A stretch of DNA of 64,000 nucleotides from Candidatus Tenderia sp. Its GTDB lineage: Bacteria > Pseudomonadota > Gammaproteobacteria > Tenderiales > Tenderiaceae. The translations under genes and the position numbers were made by a program. Under the pieces are notes generated by a model that was not told the origin of the DNA, ran no database searches, and was given only the letters and a program-made list of their open reading frames with translations. The DNA lies in the NCBI GenBank assembly GCA_031416075.1, contig JANOSY010000014.1, positions 32,001 through 96,000 of the forward strand, read 5' to 3'. Of this stretch, positions 39,401-50,550 are shown piece after piece (within the stretch, counting starts at the first letter, position 1; each line of letters begins with the position of its first letter).

Positions 39401-39628
39401 GGGTGGATGCTAGCACTTACACAATTTTTGGTAAATATTGGGACATGGGTGGTAAAAGTGTTGTTGTCTGTTTTTAGGTGTAGGGAGAGTTGGAACGCTT
39501 TTGATCAAACCGTAACAAAACATTGGTGATAGACGACGGGCAGGGTGAGTGCTGTCTGATTCAGGATTGTTTAAGAGTTGTCGACTACAGTAGCAAGTAA
39601 TGGTGTGCGATAGGGTCTGGATCAGGGC

Positions 39629-40816
39629 ATGGTAGACAAGAATCAAAAAAGTGGTCGATCTGTGCTGGTATGGGATCTGCCGGTGCGACTCTTCCACTGG
39701 CTGTTGGTGACGGCGTTTGTGATGGCGTGGTTGAGTTACGAAGATAATCGTTATCTGGATGTACATATATTTGCCGGTTATACCTTTTTGGGATTGTTAG
39801 TTTTCCGATTGGTATGGGGTATTTTTGGCACACATTACGCACGCTTTCGTGAGTTTAGCTACGGGCCTGGTGACGCGATCGCTTATATCAAAGGACTCTT
39901 TGGCGACGATATGCGTCGTTACGTGGGTCACAACCCCGCCGGGGCGTGGGCGATTTTTGCCCTGATTGCCATGGGGTTGGTATTAACTGTATCCGGGCTT
40001 TTTGTCTTGGGCGGGGAGGAGCGCCACGGACCCTTGGCGGGAATTGTGGGTTTTCGTCAGAGTGTGCCGTTCCGCGAGACACATGAGTTTGTCGCTTACA
40101 CGTTGCTGCTGCTGGTATTTGTACATGTGTGCGGTGTGTTGGTTGAGAGTTTTTTTCATCGTGAAAATCTGGTTGGTTCCATGTTTAGAGGAACTAAGTC
40201 GGTTGCCACTGCAATACCGGGTGTTCGCCCTCACCGTCTGGTCGGTGCCGCCATTATTGCGGTGGTGGCCGCTTATGTGGTTGCTACCTTTGGTGGTTAT
40301 CTGACGGCGACTAAAGAGCAGCCCTATCTGCCGTTTCAGGGGCCGCATCTGGTGATGAATAATCCCTGGACTGAGGCGTGTAGTGAGTGCCACCTTGCTT
40401 TCCATCCTTCGCTATTACCACTGCGTTCATGGCAACAGATATTGAAACAGCAAGCGGACCATTTTGGCGATGATCTGGCCCTGGATGGGGATACCGTAAA
40501 TGAGTTGCTGGCATATGCCCAGAAAAATTCTGCTGATTTAGAGCAGACGGAACCCGCCTGGCGAATGAACAGCAACATTCCCAGCAGTGAGACCCCATTG
40601 CGTATTACTGACGTGAGCTACTGGGAACGTAAACATGAAGAGATAGACACTGAGGTTTGGAAACGTAATGAGATTAAAAACAAGGCCAATTGTGGGGCTT
40701 GTCATTTCGATGCCAAACAGGGCACCTTTGAAGATGCTGATATGCGCATTCCAGGAGAGAATGCTTTTGATAGCATTGAGTGGTTGAAATCCATTTTAGG
40801 CGGTAAAGATAAATAA
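39629..40816 (+). CDS. Cytochrome b / diheme cytochrome c (DHC) fusion
   Basis: VWDLPVRLFHW, GHNPAG and HEF..HVCG (cytochrome b), then CSECHLAFHPSLLP and CGACH (DHC). Confidence 0.88.
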   Translation: MVDKNQKSGRSVLVWDLPVRLFHWLLVTAFVMAWLSYEDNRYLDVHIFAGYTFLGLLVFRLVWGIFGTHYARFREFSYGPGDAIAYIKGLFGDDMRRYVGHNPAGAWAIFALIAMGLVLTVSGLFVLGGEERHGPLAGIVGFRQSVPFRETHEFVAYTLLLLVFVHVCGVLVESFFHRENLVGSMFRGTKSVATAIPGVRPHRLVGAAIIAVVAAYVVATFGGYLTATKEQPYLPFQGPHLVMNNPWTEACSECHLAFHPSLLPLRSWQQILKQQADHFGDDLALDGDTVNELLAYAQKNSADLEQTEPAWRMNSNIPSSETPLRITDVSYWERKHEEIDTEVWKRNEIKNKANCGACHFDAKQGTFEDADMRIPGENAFDSIEWLKSILGGKDK

Positions 40817-40837
40817 TATTGTTCAAGGAGCAGTGTC

Positions 40838-41245
40838 ATGAAGTTGAGACTTTTAGCGGTGATTTTAATGGGGTGTATGACAACGTTGGCTGGGCTTGCC
40901 CAGGCGAGCGTGGTTGAGCCACTCCAGCAGGAGTACAAAACGGCAGGCGCGGGTCCTTTCAGTGCCGCTAAAGGACAGAAAATGTGGGTTGAAAAACATA
41001 AAGATGCTGAGTCCGGCAAAGAGTTCAGCTGCCAGACTTGTCATACAGACGATTTGAAAAAATCGGGCAAACATGAAAAGACCGGCAAGGTGATTGATCC
41101 GTTGGCACCCTCGGTCAATAAAGAGCGACTGACAGACATCAAATTTGTTAATAAATGGTTTTTGCGTAACTGTAAACAGGTATTAGGTCGTGAGTGTACA
41201 CCTCAGGAGAAAGGTGACTTTCTTGAATACTTGAAGGATCAATAG
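40838..41245 (+). CDS. Sphaeroides heme protein (SHP/DUF1924)-like cytochrome c
   Basis: Signal peptide, CQTCH, GKVIDPLAP, KWFLRNCKQVLGRECTPQEKGD (Asn ligand and C-terminal disulfide). Confidence 0.88.
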   Translation: MKLRLLAVILMGCMTTLAGLAQASVVEPLQQEYKTAGAGPFSAAKGQKMWVEKHKDAESGKEFSCQTCHTDDLKKSGKHEKTGKVIDPLAPSVNKERLTDIKFVNKWFLRNCKQVLGRECTPQEKGDFLEYLKDQ

Positions 41246-41279
41246 CGTTCCAAATATTTTGTCGAGACGGGGAATGGTG

Positions 41280-41813
41280 ATGAAAAATAGAATATGGGCA
41301 ATGATTGCCGGGATTGCCGGGATTGCATGGTTGTTGGTAAATAGTGGTTATGTATTGGCAAGTGCACCTAACACCGATTTTGCAGCGGTGACAAATACTA
41401 AATATACCAAAGAGTGTGGTGCCTGCCATCTGGCCTATCAGCCGGGGCTGTTGCCGGAGCGGTCATGGCGCAAAGTGATGGAAAATTTACATGACCATTT
41501 TGGTGATAATGCGGAGCTGCCGACGACCGATCAGCAGGCGCTGGTTGAGTATCTGGTGAACAACTCGGCTGAGCGAGCTAACTATAAACGTTCAGCACAG
41601 ATGCTCCACTCGATCCGTAAAGTGGATACCCCGGTGCGAATTTCCCAAGTGCCCTATTTTATTCGTGAACATCGTGAGGTGGCCAACAGAGTAAGAGGTA
41701 ATGAAAAGATAAAGAGTCTCGGCCAGTGTGAGTTGTGTCATCAGAAAGCAAATGAAGGCTCTTATGCCGAGAACGAAATTAGAGTATTGGGAGCGGAGAG
41801 CTGGAATGATTGA
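41280..41813 (+). CDS. Diheme cytochrome c (DHC)
   Basis: ECGACHLAYQPGLLPERSW, DHFGDNA, PYFIREH, CELCH. Confidence 0.9.
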   Translation: MKNRIWAMIAGIAGIAWLLVNSGYVLASAPNTDFAAVTNTKYTKECGACHLAYQPGLLPERSWRKVMENLHDHFGDNAELPTTDQQALVEYLVNNSAERANYKRSAQMLHSIRKVDTPVRISQVPYFIREHREVANRVRGNEKIKSLGQCELCHQKANEGSYAENEIRVLGAESWND

Positions 41814-41976
41814 TCATGTGCCACCATAAATTATGATAAATAGGGCCGTATTGTGTAGGGTTGTATAGGCGGTTGAATTGTAAAAAATCGTCTAATTTCA
41901 GATTCATCAGCCATCGTGGGTTGTCAGCCCGCTGTGTTAGTCAGTAGTATGGTCCCCTGTTATTCACAGGAGACGC

Positions 41977-42702
41977 ATGATGAAACAAAATAAAAATATG
42001 GCAAAAGCAGTCGCACTTGTAATCGGTGGGCTGTTGGCAGGGACGGCAATGGCGGCAGACAAAAACGGTTGGACGGGTGAAGCTGCCCTGGGTTTTGTGA
42101 TGACGTCCGGTAATACCGAAACGCAGTCGATTAATGCCAAGGCAAAAGCGGTGAATGAGCGTGATATGTGGCGTCATTCGGCGGCTATTGAGGCGCTTAA
42201 TACTGAAACCAGCGATATCACGACGGGTGAACGTTATCTGTTGTCAGGACAGACCAACTATAAATTTAAGCCACGTCACTATGTTTTTGGTCTGGCTGCC
42301 TATGAGGATGATCGTTTCAGTGGTTATGATTGGCGTGCCAGTGAAGTATTGGGTTACGGTTATCGTGCGATAGAAGAGTCGGATTTGACACTGGATCTGG
42401 AAGCGGGTCCTGGTGCGCGTCAAAGCCGTTTGAATAATGGCACCAGAGATAATGAAGGCATGTTCCGCGTTGCGGGTAATCTTGACTGGAAGGTGAGCGA
42501 TACCTCAAGTTTTTCTCAGGTGCTGACCTCTGAAATTGGCAGTGATACCACCATCTCTAAATCTGTGACGGGCCTGAAAACACAGATCAACGGCAGTTTG
42601 TCGATGAAGATTGCACACGCTATCAAACATACTTCAGATGTGCCGGTAGGTATAGAAAAGGTTGATCGTGAAACGGGCGTGATGCTGGTTTACGGCTTCT
42701 AA
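41977..42702 (+). CDS. DUF481/YdiY-family outer membrane beta-barrel
   Basis: WTGEAALG..TSGNT, YEDDRFSGY, EAGPG, terminal YGF. Confidence 0.85.
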   Translation: MMKQNKNMAKAVALVIGGLLAGTAMAADKNGWTGEAALGFVMTSGNTETQSINAKAKAVNERDMWRHSAAIEALNTETSDITTGERYLLSGQTNYKFKPRHYVFGLAAYEDDRFSGYDWRASEVLGYGYRAIEESDLTLDLEAGPGARQSRLNNGTRDNEGMFRVAGNLDWKVSDTSSFSQVLTSEIGSDTTISKSVTGLKTQINGSLSMKIAHAIKHTSDVPVGIEKVDRETGVMLVYGF

Positions 42703-42727
42703 CTTAGCGAAGATAGACCTATCTCCG

Positions 42728-42752
42728 GGCCGCTCAATGAGCGGCCTTTTTT
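42728..42752 (+). terminator. Intrinsic terminator
   Basis: GGCCGCTC-AAT-GAGCGGCC-TTTTTT. Confidence 0.8.
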
Positions 42753-42836
42753 ATAGGAGCCGTGCCGAGACTAGGCGCACAGCACTGGGTGGGCGATGTT
42801 TTTGATCCGATGAGCATCAGAGAGACACGGCCCCCG

Positions 42837-45701
42837 TTACGAGGCCCGTTGTGCATTGCGTAGTGCGGTCCTCTCCAGCAGTGGTTTGAGGAAGCGTCCG
42901 GTGTGTGAGTCGGGGTTCTCGGCCACCGCTTCCGGGGTGCCAATGGCGACGATGGCACCACCTTTGTCACCACCCTCAGGACCGACATCGATGAGCCAGT
43001 CGGCGGTTTTGATGACATCGAGATTGTGTTCGATGATGACGATGGTATTGCCGTGGTCACGCAGTTGATGCAGCACCCGCAGCAGCTGTTCGATGTCGTG
43101 AAAGTGCAGGCCGGTGGTGGGTTCGTCAAGGATATAGAGTGTTTTGCCGGTGTCGCGTTTGCTCAGCTCGCGTGATAGTTTGACCCGTTGTGCCTCACCG
43201 CCCGAGAGGGTTGTGGCGTTCTGGCCGAGGGTGATGTAACTCAGGCCAACATCCATCAAGGTTTGCAGTTTGCGTTTGAGCGCGGGCACGGCGCTGAAAA
43301 ACTCCAACGCATCTTCCACCGTCATGGCCAGGATTTCAAAGATGTTTTTGCCTTTATATTTGATGTCGAGGGTTTCGCGGTTATAACGTTTACCCTTGCA
43401 GACATCACATGGCACATAGATGTCAGGCAGAAAGTGCATTTCAACCTTGATGACCCCATCCCCCTGACACGCTTCACAGCGCCCACCCTTGACATTAAAA
43501 CTGAATCGGCCCGGTCCATAACCGCGGGTGCGGGCCTCTTGTGTGCCGCAAAACAGATCACGAATCGGAGTAAACAGTCCGGTATAGGTGGCAGGATTGG
43601 AGCGGGGTGTGCGGCCAATCGGGCTCTGGTCGATATCCACCACCTTGTCGAACTGGTCGAGACCAATCAGTTCGGTGCAGGGGGCGGGATCTTCACCGGC
43701 ACCGTTGATGATGATGGCGGCGTTGCGGTACAGGGTGTCGTTGATCAGGGTGGATTTGCCGGAACCAGAGACCCCGGTGACACAGGTCATCAGGCCGATG
43801 GGGATGTTGACATCTACCTTTTTGAGATTGTTGCCACTGGCACCACAGATGCGGAGCTGCCGCTCTGGATCGTTGGCGGTACGTTGTGCCGGGATCTCAA
43901 TCGCCCGTGTGCCGTTGAGGTATTGGCCGGTGATAGAGGCGGGGTTGTTGATCACCTGCTCGGGGGTGCCGGCGGCGACGACGTTGCCGCCATGTACGCC
44001 AGCACCGGGGCCGATGTCGAGCACATAGTCGGCCATCCGAATGGCATCTTCATCGTGCTCCACCACAATCACGGTGTTGCCGAGATCACGCAGGTAGGTG
44101 AGGGTTTCGAGCAGCCGTTCGTTGTCGCGCTGGTGCAGGCCGATGGAGGGTTCGTCAAGCACGTACATGACGCCAACCAGTCCGGCACCGATCTGGCTGG
44201 CAAGGCGGATGCGTTGTGCCTCGCCCCCCGAGAGTGTATCGGCACTGCGGTTAAGACTCAGGTAATCGAGCCCGACATTGACCAGAAATTTAAGTCGTGC
44301 CTGAACCTCTTTAACGATCTTGTCGGCAATCTGCCCACGTTTGCCGGGCAGTTTCAACTCCCCAAAAAAGTCGTGGGCACGGCCGACGGCCATGGAGGTG
44401 ATCTGGGGCAGTGTATGGTCGGCGATAAAAACATTGCGCGCCTCGATACGCAGCCGGTTACCGTTGCAGCTTGGGCACGATTGGGTGCTGAGGTATTTGG
44501 CCAGCTCTTCACGCACAACGTTGGATTCGGTCTCGCGGTAGCGCCGCTCCATGTTGGGGATGATCCCTTCAAAGGGGGTGGTTTTGGTCTTGGGTACGCC
44601 GCGATCATTAAAAAAGCTGATCTCAAGCGTTTCATCACCGCTGCCATACAGAAGTGTTGTTTGCAGTTTTTCCGAGAGCTCGTTGAAGGGGGTGTCGAGA
44701 TCAAATTTGAAATGGGTGGCGAGGGATTGCAGGAGCTGAAAATAGTAGGCGTTGCGGCGATCCCAACCGCGAATGGCCCCGCTGGCCAGACTGAGGTCGC
44801 TATTGTGTACCACCCTTGCCGGATCAAAAAACTGTTTGACGCCCAGTCCATCGCAGCTGGGGCAGGCACCAAACGGATTGTTGAAGGAGAAGAGGCGTGG
44901 TTCCAGCTCAGCAATACTGTAGCCGCAGTGGGGGCAGGCAAATTTGGCGGAGAAGACCATGTCGTTGTTGTTTGTGTTTGTCTCATCGTCCATCCAGGCG
45001 ACGCGGACAACACCGTCGGCCAGATTGAGGGCGGTTTCAAAGGACTCTGCCAGTCGCTGCGCCATGTCGGTGCGTACCTTGAAACGGTCGACCACTGCTT
45101 CGATGGTATGTTTCTTCTTTTTATCCAGCTCCGGTACCTGATCCAGCTCAATAATCTGGCCGTTGATACGGGCCCGCACAAACCCCTGGCTGCGTAGTTC
45201 GGCCAGTGTCTGCAGATGTTCGCCTTTGCGGCCATCAATCACCGGTGCCAACAACATCAGCTTGCTGCCTTCGGGCAGGGCCAGCACATGGTCAACCATC
45301 TGGCTGACGGTCTGTGCCTCCAGCACCACATCGTGCTCTGGACAGCGTGGTTCGCCAGCCCGGGCAAAGAGTAGCCGCAGGTAGTCGTATATCTCGGTGA
45401 CGGTACCGACGGTGGAGCGGGGGTTGTGGGAGGTTGATTTCTGCTCGATGGAGATGGCGGGTGATAGCCCCTCAATGTGGTCAACATCGGGTTTCTCCAT
45501 AATGGCGAGGAACTGCCGTGCATAGCTGGAGAGTGATTCAACGTAGCGGCGTTGCCCCTCGGCGTAGATGGTATCGAAGGCAAGTGATGATTTGCCTGAG
45601 CCTGAGAGGCCGGTGATGACAATCAGCTTGTCACGGGGCAGGTCAAGATCGATGTTTTTGAGGTTGTGGGTGCGGGCACCGCGGATCTGGATGGTATCCA
45701 T
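42837..45701 (-). CDS. uvrA: Excinuclease ABC subunit A
   Basis: [22 protein letters not shown], two ABC domains, zinc fingers, LSGGEAQR twice. Confidence 0.99.
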   Translation of the reverse strand: MDTIQIRGARTHNLKNIDLDLPRDKLIVITGLSGSGKSSLAFDTIYAEGQRRYVESLSSYARQFLAIMEKPDVDHIEGLSPAISIEQKSTSHNPRSTVGTVTEIYDYLRLLFARAGEPRCPEHDVVLEAQTVSQMVDHVLALPEGSKLMLLAPVIDGRKGEHLQTLAELRSQGFVRARINGQIIELDQVPELDKKKKHTIEAVVDRFKVRTDMAQRLAESFETALNLADGVVRVAWMDDETNTNNNDMVFSAKFACPHCGYSIAELEPRLFSFNNPFGACPSCDGLGVKQFFDPARVVHNSDLSLASGAIRGWDRRNAYYFQLLQSLATHFKFDLDTPFNELSEKLQTTLLYGSGDETLEISFFNDRGVPKTKTTPFEGIIPNMERRYRETESNVVREELAKYLSTQSCPSCNGNRLRIEARNVFIADHTLPQITSMAVGRAHDFFGELKLPGKRGQIADKIVKEVQARLKFLVNVGLDYLSLNRSADTLSGGEAQRIRLASQIGAGLVGVMYVLDEPSIGLHQRDNERLLETLTYLRDLGNTVIVVEHDEDAIRMADYVLDIGPGAGVHGGNVVAAGTPEQVINNPASITGQYLNGTRAIEIPAQRTANDPERQLRICGASGNNLKKVDVNIPIGLMTCVTGVSGSGKSTLINDTLYRNAAIIINGAGEDPAPCTELIGLDQFDKVVDIDQSPIGRTPRSNPATYTGLFTPIRDLFCGTQEARTRGYGPGRFSFNVKGGRCEACQGDGVIKVEMHFLPDIYVPCDVCKGKRYNRETLDIKYKGKNIFEILAMTVEDALEFFSAVPALKRKLQTLMDVGLSYITLGQNATTLSGGEAQRVKLSRELSKRDTGKTLYILDEPTTGLHFHDIEQLLRVLHQLRDHGNTIVIIEHNLDVIKTADWLIDVGPEGGDKGGAIVAIGTPEAVAENPDSHTGRFLKPLLERTALRNAQRAS

Positions 45702-45781
45702 AATTCTTTACTTTTTATGTCTGTTATCGAACCTGCTACTATACGGCGTTTTTACCACTCCAAGCAAAAGCGATTTAAGCG

Positions 45782-47182
45782 ATGAAACAATCTGCAGACC
45801 GTCCTGGCTTTGGTCAGGGCATGACCGCTACTGAAAAACGTGCCGCCTTCTCACTGGCGGGGATTTTCAGTACCCGGATGCTCGGGCTGTTTATGATATT
45901 GCCGGTGTTTGCCCTCTATGCGGAGCATCTGCCGGGGGCGACGCCGATGCTGATTGGCCTGGCCATTGGCATCTACGGTTTGACGCAGGCGATTTTGCAG
46001 ATTCCTCTGGGTATGCTCTCAGACCGCATCGGTCGCAAGCCGGTGATCTATGGTGGTTTGGTGATGTTTGCCTTCGGTAGTGCGGTGGCAGCGATGTCTG
46101 ACAGCATCACCGGGATTATTATCGGTCGTGCCTTGCAGGGGGCCGGGGCAATTGCTGCGGTAGTGATGGCGTTGGCAGCGGATTTGACCCGTGAAGAGCA
46201 CCGCCTGAAGGCGATGGCGATTATGGGGATGAGCATGGGGGTGTCGTTCACCCTGTCGCTGATTATTGGTCCGGTATTTAATAGTTGGGTTGGTATTCAC
46301 GGTATCTTCTGGATCACTGCGGGCATGGCACTGCTAGCGATGGTATTGCTGGCGGTGGCTGTGCCCACGCCGGTGGTCAGTCGGCACCACCGCGATACCC
46401 AGCCTGTCCCTGCACAGTTCAAACAGGTGCTGGCGGACGGTGAACTGCTGCGGTTGAATTTTGGCGTCTTTGCCCTGCATCTTATCCTGACGGCCAGCTT
46501 TGTTGCGGTGCCGCTGGTATTGGTGCAGAAGATTGGCCTGCCGGCGGTGGACCACTGGATGGTCTACCTGGGGGTGATGGTGCTGGCCTTTATCGTGATG
46601 ATCCCGTTTATCATCATCGCTGAGAAAAAGCGCCGCATGAAACAGATCTTTAGTGGCGCTATTGTGGTGCTGATGCTGGCGCTGTGGGAGATGGCCTACA
46701 TGGAGAGTACGCTGACTGGCATGGTGATTGGCCTCTTCTTCTTTTTTCTGGCCTTTAATCTGCTGGAAGCGTCGTTGCCATCTTTGGTCTCCAAGATTGC
46801 GCCGCCTGATAAAAAAGGGACTGCCATGGGGGTCTATAGCAGCTCCCAGTTTATGGGGGCCTTTGTTGGCGGTGTGAGTGGCGGTTGGCTCTATCAACAT
46901 GTGGGCAGCGAGAGTGTCTTTCTGTTTGGCTCTATCGCGGCGGCCATCTGGGTGCTGCTGGCAGTGACGATGAAAAATCCACGTTATCTGAGCAGCCACA
47001 TGCTGAATGTAGGGGATATGACAGAGGCTGAGGCCCGCCATCTGGTGACACAGCTGACCCAGATCAAAGGGGTGGCCGAGGCGGTGGTGATCCCCGAAGA
47101 TGGCGTTGCCTATCTGAAGGTGGATAAACATGCCACAGACTTTGAGGCGTTGAACCGCTTCTCTGTCTCAGAACAGTCGTGA
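45782..47182 (+). CDS. MFS transporter, YajR-like
   Basis: [30 protein letters not shown]-terminal YAM domain (GVAEAVV...AYLKVD). Confidence 0.9.
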   Translation: MKQSADRPGFGQGMTATEKRAAFSLAGIFSTRMLGLFMILPVFALYAEHLPGATPMLIGLAIGIYGLTQAILQIPLGMLSDRIGRKPVIYGGLVMFAFGSAVAAMSDSITGIIIGRALQGAGAIAAVVMALAADLTREEHRLKAMAIMGMSMGVSFTLSLIIGPVFNSWVGIHGIFWITAGMALLAMVLLAVAVPTPVVSRHHRDTQPVPAQFKQVLADGELLRLNFGVFALHLILTASFVAVPLVLVQKIGLPAVDHWMVYLGVMVLAFIVMIPFIIIAEKKRRMKQIFSGAIVVLMLALWEMAYMESTLTGMVIGLFFFFLAFNLLEASLPSLVSKIAPPDKKGTAMGVYSSSQFMGAFVGGVSGGWLYQHVGSESVFLFGSIAAAIWVLLAVTMKNPRYLSSHMLNVGDMTEAEARHLVTQLTQIKGVAEAVVIPEDGVAYLKVDKHATDFEALNRFSVSEQS

Positions 47183-47201
47183 CCCAATATATATAGTATG
47201 G

Positions 47202-47223
47202 GCCCGCCATGTGCGGGCTTTTT
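47202..47223 (+). terminator. Intrinsic terminator after the MFS gene
   Basis: GCCCGC-CATGT-GCGGGC-TTTTT. Confidence 0.7.
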
Positions 47224-47271
47224 ATGGCATTCCGCCCCTATGTTTTTAACCCTTACGATGTCACACCCATC

Positions 47272-48861
47272 ATGACCCAGATCTGGGATCGTCTCACGTA
47301 TCTACTTTTTATCCTGGTTGCGGCATTGATTGCCCTGACTTTTCGTGATTACGGCCTGAGCTGGGATGAGCCGTTTCATATCGAATATGGTGAGCGGCTA
47401 TTGCGTTACTACACCAGTGGCGGGGCGGATAGCTCGGCCTTCAGTTATATCAACCTCTATCTCTACGGCGGTCTGTTTGATGCCCCGGTGGCGCTGCTGG
47501 CACAGTGGTTGCCGTTTGAGCTGGCGGAGAGTCGCCATCTGCTGATTGCGACCACCGGCCTGCTGGGGCTGGTGGGCACGTGGCGGTTGGCGCGGCTGCT
47601 GGCGGGACCACGTGCCGGTTTTTTTGCGGCGTTGTTATTGATCACTATGCCGGGCTGGTATGGCCACCTGTTTATCAACCCAAAAGATATCCCTTTTGCC
47701 ACAACGATGGTCTGGGCCAGCTATGCGTTGGCGCGGCTGGCGCGCCGTCTGCCTGATTCCAGTTGGCGTGAATGGCTCTTTTTTGGGGTGTGTGGCGGCA
47801 TGGCAATGGGGATGCGTATTGGTGGTGTGTTGATTGTTGGTTACCTGGGACTGACATTGATGCTCTGGTTTTTGGCGACATTCTGCCGACCCACAGCGCG
47901 CCACTCACTGCTGCATGAGAGCGTGGCGTTGTTGCCAAAACTGCTGCTGGCCGGTGTTGTGGCGTATGGTGTGATGGTGGCGGTCTGGCCATGGGCACTT
48001 AGCTCGCCGCTGCGCCACCCCTATGAGGCGATGACAACCTTCTCCCATTTTCCGGTGATTATTCCAACCCAGATAGATGGGGTGTGGATCAACTCTGACG
48101 CCCTGCCGATTTTTTATCTGCCGTTGATGATGGCGATTAAATTACCCCTGTTACAGCTGCTGTTGCTGGCGGTGTTACCACTCTTTGCCGGGCGTATTGT
48201 GCATGGGGCACGGCAGCCTGAGTCTGCCGGTGATACACCCTGGTTGTCGTGGGCGGTGGTGGTGATTGCGCTCTTTTTGCCACTGCTCTACGCGATAGTC
48301 AGTTCTCCAGGCATGTATAACGAGATGCGTCATTTTCTGTTTCTGTTGCCACCGCTGGCGATATTGGCAGGGGTGGGGGGCGATCTTGTGTGGGGGTACC
48401 TGCAACGTCGTGCTCCCATACAGCGCGTAGCGGTTTTGTTGATGGTGGTGATCTATCTCGGTCTCCATGTGGCTACCCTGATTCGGCTTCACCCCTATGA
48501 GTACATCTATTACAACCCACTGGTTGGTGGGGTTAAGGGGGCGGACAAACGGTTTGAACTGGACTATTGGAGCACCTCCCAGCGTGAACTTTACATCGCC
48601 CTTAAACAGTACTTACGTGATAGCGGAGGGGAGGCGGCACTGCACCAGCCGTGGCGTATCCGTTTGTGCGGCGCGCCGGAGGCGGCACTCTATTACCATG
48701 AGCCGGAGTGGACAACCCGCTGGATCGGTGAAAAGGGAGACGCTGACTTTGAAGTGGGCATTCCCGGTAATATCTGCCCGCCGCCCCGGCTGCCAGCCAC
48801 CCTTGAGGTACGACGCGACGGGGCGTTGTTGGGGTATGTGAATGATTTACGTGTGCCGTGA
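47272..48861 (+). CDS. GT-C (PMT/ArnT-like) membrane glycosyltransferase
   Basis: DYGLSWDEP acidic motif after TM1, NPKDIPF, many TMs, RHFLF, HPYEYIYYN, DYW. The ORF-track start lies inside the terminator, so 47272 is preferred. Confidence 0.75.
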   Translation: MTQIWDRLTYLLFILVAALIALTFRDYGLSWDEPFHIEYGERLLRYYTSGGADSSAFSYINLYLYGGLFDAPVALLAQWLPFELAESRHLLIATTGLLGLVGTWRLARLLAGPRAGFFAALLLITMPGWYGHLFINPKDIPFATTMVWASYALARLARRLPDSSWREWLFFGVCGGMAMGMRIGGVLIVGYLGLTLMLWFLATFCRPTARHSLLHESVALLPKLLLAGVVAYGVMVAVWPWALSSPLRHPYEAMTTFSHFPVIIPTQIDGVWINSDALPIFYLPLMMAIKLPLLQLLLLAVLPLFAGRIVHGARQPESAGDTPWLSWAVVVIALFLPLLYAIVSSPGMYNEMRHFLFLLPPLAILAGVGGDLVWGYLQRRAPIQRVAVLLMVVIYLGLHVATLIRLHPYEYIYYNPLVGGVKGADKRFELDYWSTSQRELYIALKQYLRDSGGEAALHQPWRIRLCGAPEAALYYHEPEWTTRWIGEKGDADFEVGIPGNICPPPRLPATLEVRRDGALLGYVNDLRVP

Positions 48862-48904
48862 GCTGTGGTGTTTGGGATGTGGTTAGTGAGTGGGGTAACG
48901 GTTT

Positions 48905-49501
48905 TTATGGCGTGTGGATTCGGACAATTTCCTGCGCCAACGCCTGCCCCAGCTGGGTAACGCAACCACTCATCGCGGCCACCCGTGCATCATAATCGCT
49001 TTTATTGGCATGCTGGGTATAGGTGTACTGTTTGGGGGGGACTACGCTGTTTTTATTGGCGTCGATTAACTCCCAGCGTACGGTCAGGCTGGCTTGGTTT
49101 TGGTTGTCGCTGTCGAAGCTGAGCACCTCTAATACAATTTGGGTCTCGATCTTTTTACCGCTGCGCCAGGGGTAGATGGTGATGCTGGCGTTGGGCAGGG
49201 CGCTGTTTAACTCTTGTGCCAGTACTCGGGTGAAGTTGGTGTCGAGCGGTTCTGCCCAGCGGTGGTACTCAGCGGCTTTGAAGCTGTTGTTACTGGTGCG
49301 AACCAATATTTTATTGCGCTCCAGGTAGGTGGGGAATTTAATCGGGCCAAGGCCCACGCCCAGTGTGAGTGAGGGGCCGCTACTCTGAACGGCGTTGTTA
49401 CTGGCGTTGAGCAGGTAGAATTTTGAGGGTTGGCTGGTACCGCAACCGCTGATGGTTAACAGTAGTGTCAGGAGCAGTGGCCAGGGGTAGCGGAGTTGCA
49501 T
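48905..49501 (-). CDS. PqiC-like ABC transport auxiliary lipoprotein
   Basis: Lipobox ISGC, FYLL, PTYLER, RWAEPL, YPW. Confidence 0.85.
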   Translation of the reverse strand: MQLRYPWPLLLTLLLTISGCGTSQPSKFYLLNASNNAVQSSGPSLTLGVGLGPIKFPTYLERNKILVRTSNNSFKAAEYHRWAEPLDTNFTRVLAQELNSALPNASITIYPWRSGKKIETQIVLEVLSFDSDNQNQASLTVRWELIDANKNSVVPPKQYTYTQHANKSDYDARVAAMSGCVTQLGQALAQEIVRIHTP

Positions 49502-50547
49502 CAGTGGTCCCTCTCTTGTGGTTTGCCTTTGAGCAGTGATTCCGGATTCTCTTCCAGGGTGTTGGCGAGGATGCGCAGGGCGCGGGCGCTGCTGGCCATC
49601 TCTTGCAAGGTTTTGTTGAGCTGGTGCTGGAAGGGTGAGTCTTCGGCCATGAGCTGGTTGGCGCTGTGGCTGGTGGTTTTTATGGCGTTGAGTGTTTCGG
49701 TAGTGGTTGTGGTGATCTGATCGGCGTTGGCACGCAGCTGCTGTATCAGCTCGTTGGAGTTGCCCACCAGTTGGGTACCGCTGTTGACCAACCGCTGTGT
49801 TGACTGGAGTGTGGTATTCAGCGTGGTGAGGGTGGTATTGAGATCCTGGGTGATCTGTTGGCTGCGCTGGTCGAATTTGTCGGCCAGGCCGTTGTACTGG
49901 TGACTGAGTCTGGAATAGTCCTGCAGGGTCTGGTCAAACTGTTTGATTGCTTGCAGCAGTTCGGGTCCGTTAAACAGTTTGTCGACCCCGGCAGCAGCGC
50001 TGGCCAGGTCATACAGCAGCAGGTCGATGGGGAACTCCTCCAGTTTGCGTGTGAACTCCTGGATGGGGGTGGGGATGGTGGGGATTTCCGTAATGTGTTT
50101 GCCCCCGCCGATCAGTGTGGCCGGTTTGTCCGGGTACATGTCGAGCTGCACGGCGAGCTGGCCGGTCAACAGGCTCTGCATCTGTAACTGGGCACGTAGT
50201 CCGTTCTGCACCATGTCGCTCATGGTCCTCATCTTGAGTGCATTCATCTCCTCGCCACTGATAAGCGAGATGCTGTCGGGTTCAAGTTCAACATAGACGG
50301 GAATCTGTACCCGTTGGGTATCGGGATCAAGCAGCAGGCGAATGTCGGTGACACTGCCTATTTTAACCCCCCGAAAGTTGACCGGGGCACCCACGGCAAG
50401 CCCTTTCACCGAGCCACTAAAAAACATGACAAAGCGTGACTTTTCGCGCAGCATGCCGCTGCCAAACAGCAGTGCAGCCCCCACGGCGAGTGCGACGGCA
50501 CCGACGATGAAGAGGCCAATCAGGGTGGTATTGGAGCGGCGTGCCAT
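49501..50547 (-). CDS. MCE/MlaD-family protein with long helical tail
   Basis: IGLFIVGA, FSGSVKGLAVGAPVNFRGVKIGSV, SLLTGQ, LEENPESLLKGK. Confidence 0.9.
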   Translation of the reverse strand: MARRSNTTLIGLFIVGAVALAVGAALLFGSGMLREKSRFVMFFSGSVKGLAVGAPVNFRGVKIGSVTDIRLLLDPDTQRVQIPVYVELEPDSISLISGEEMNALKMRTMSDMVQNGLRAQLQMQSLLTGQLAVQLDMYPDKPATLIGGGKHITEIPTIPTPIQEFTRKLEEFPIDLLLYDLASAAAGVDKLFNGPELLQAIKQFDQTLQDYSRLSHQYNGLADKFDQRSQQITQDLNTTLTTLNTTLQSTQRLVNSGTQLVGNSNELIQQLRANADQITTTTTETLNAIKTTSHSANQLMAEDSPFQHQLNKTLQEMASSARALRILANTLEENPESLLKGKPQERDH

Positions 50548-50550
50548 CGT

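Noticed and set aside
43188-45197. 669-aa plus-strand ORF, and similar long antisense ORFs over argD, the RND gene, the MFS gene and parC
   Set aside because: Antisense shadows of conserved GC-rich genes, with no recognisable motifs or RBS.
45702-45781. LexA SOS box upstream of uvrA
   Set aside because: No convincing CTGT-N8-ACAG match.
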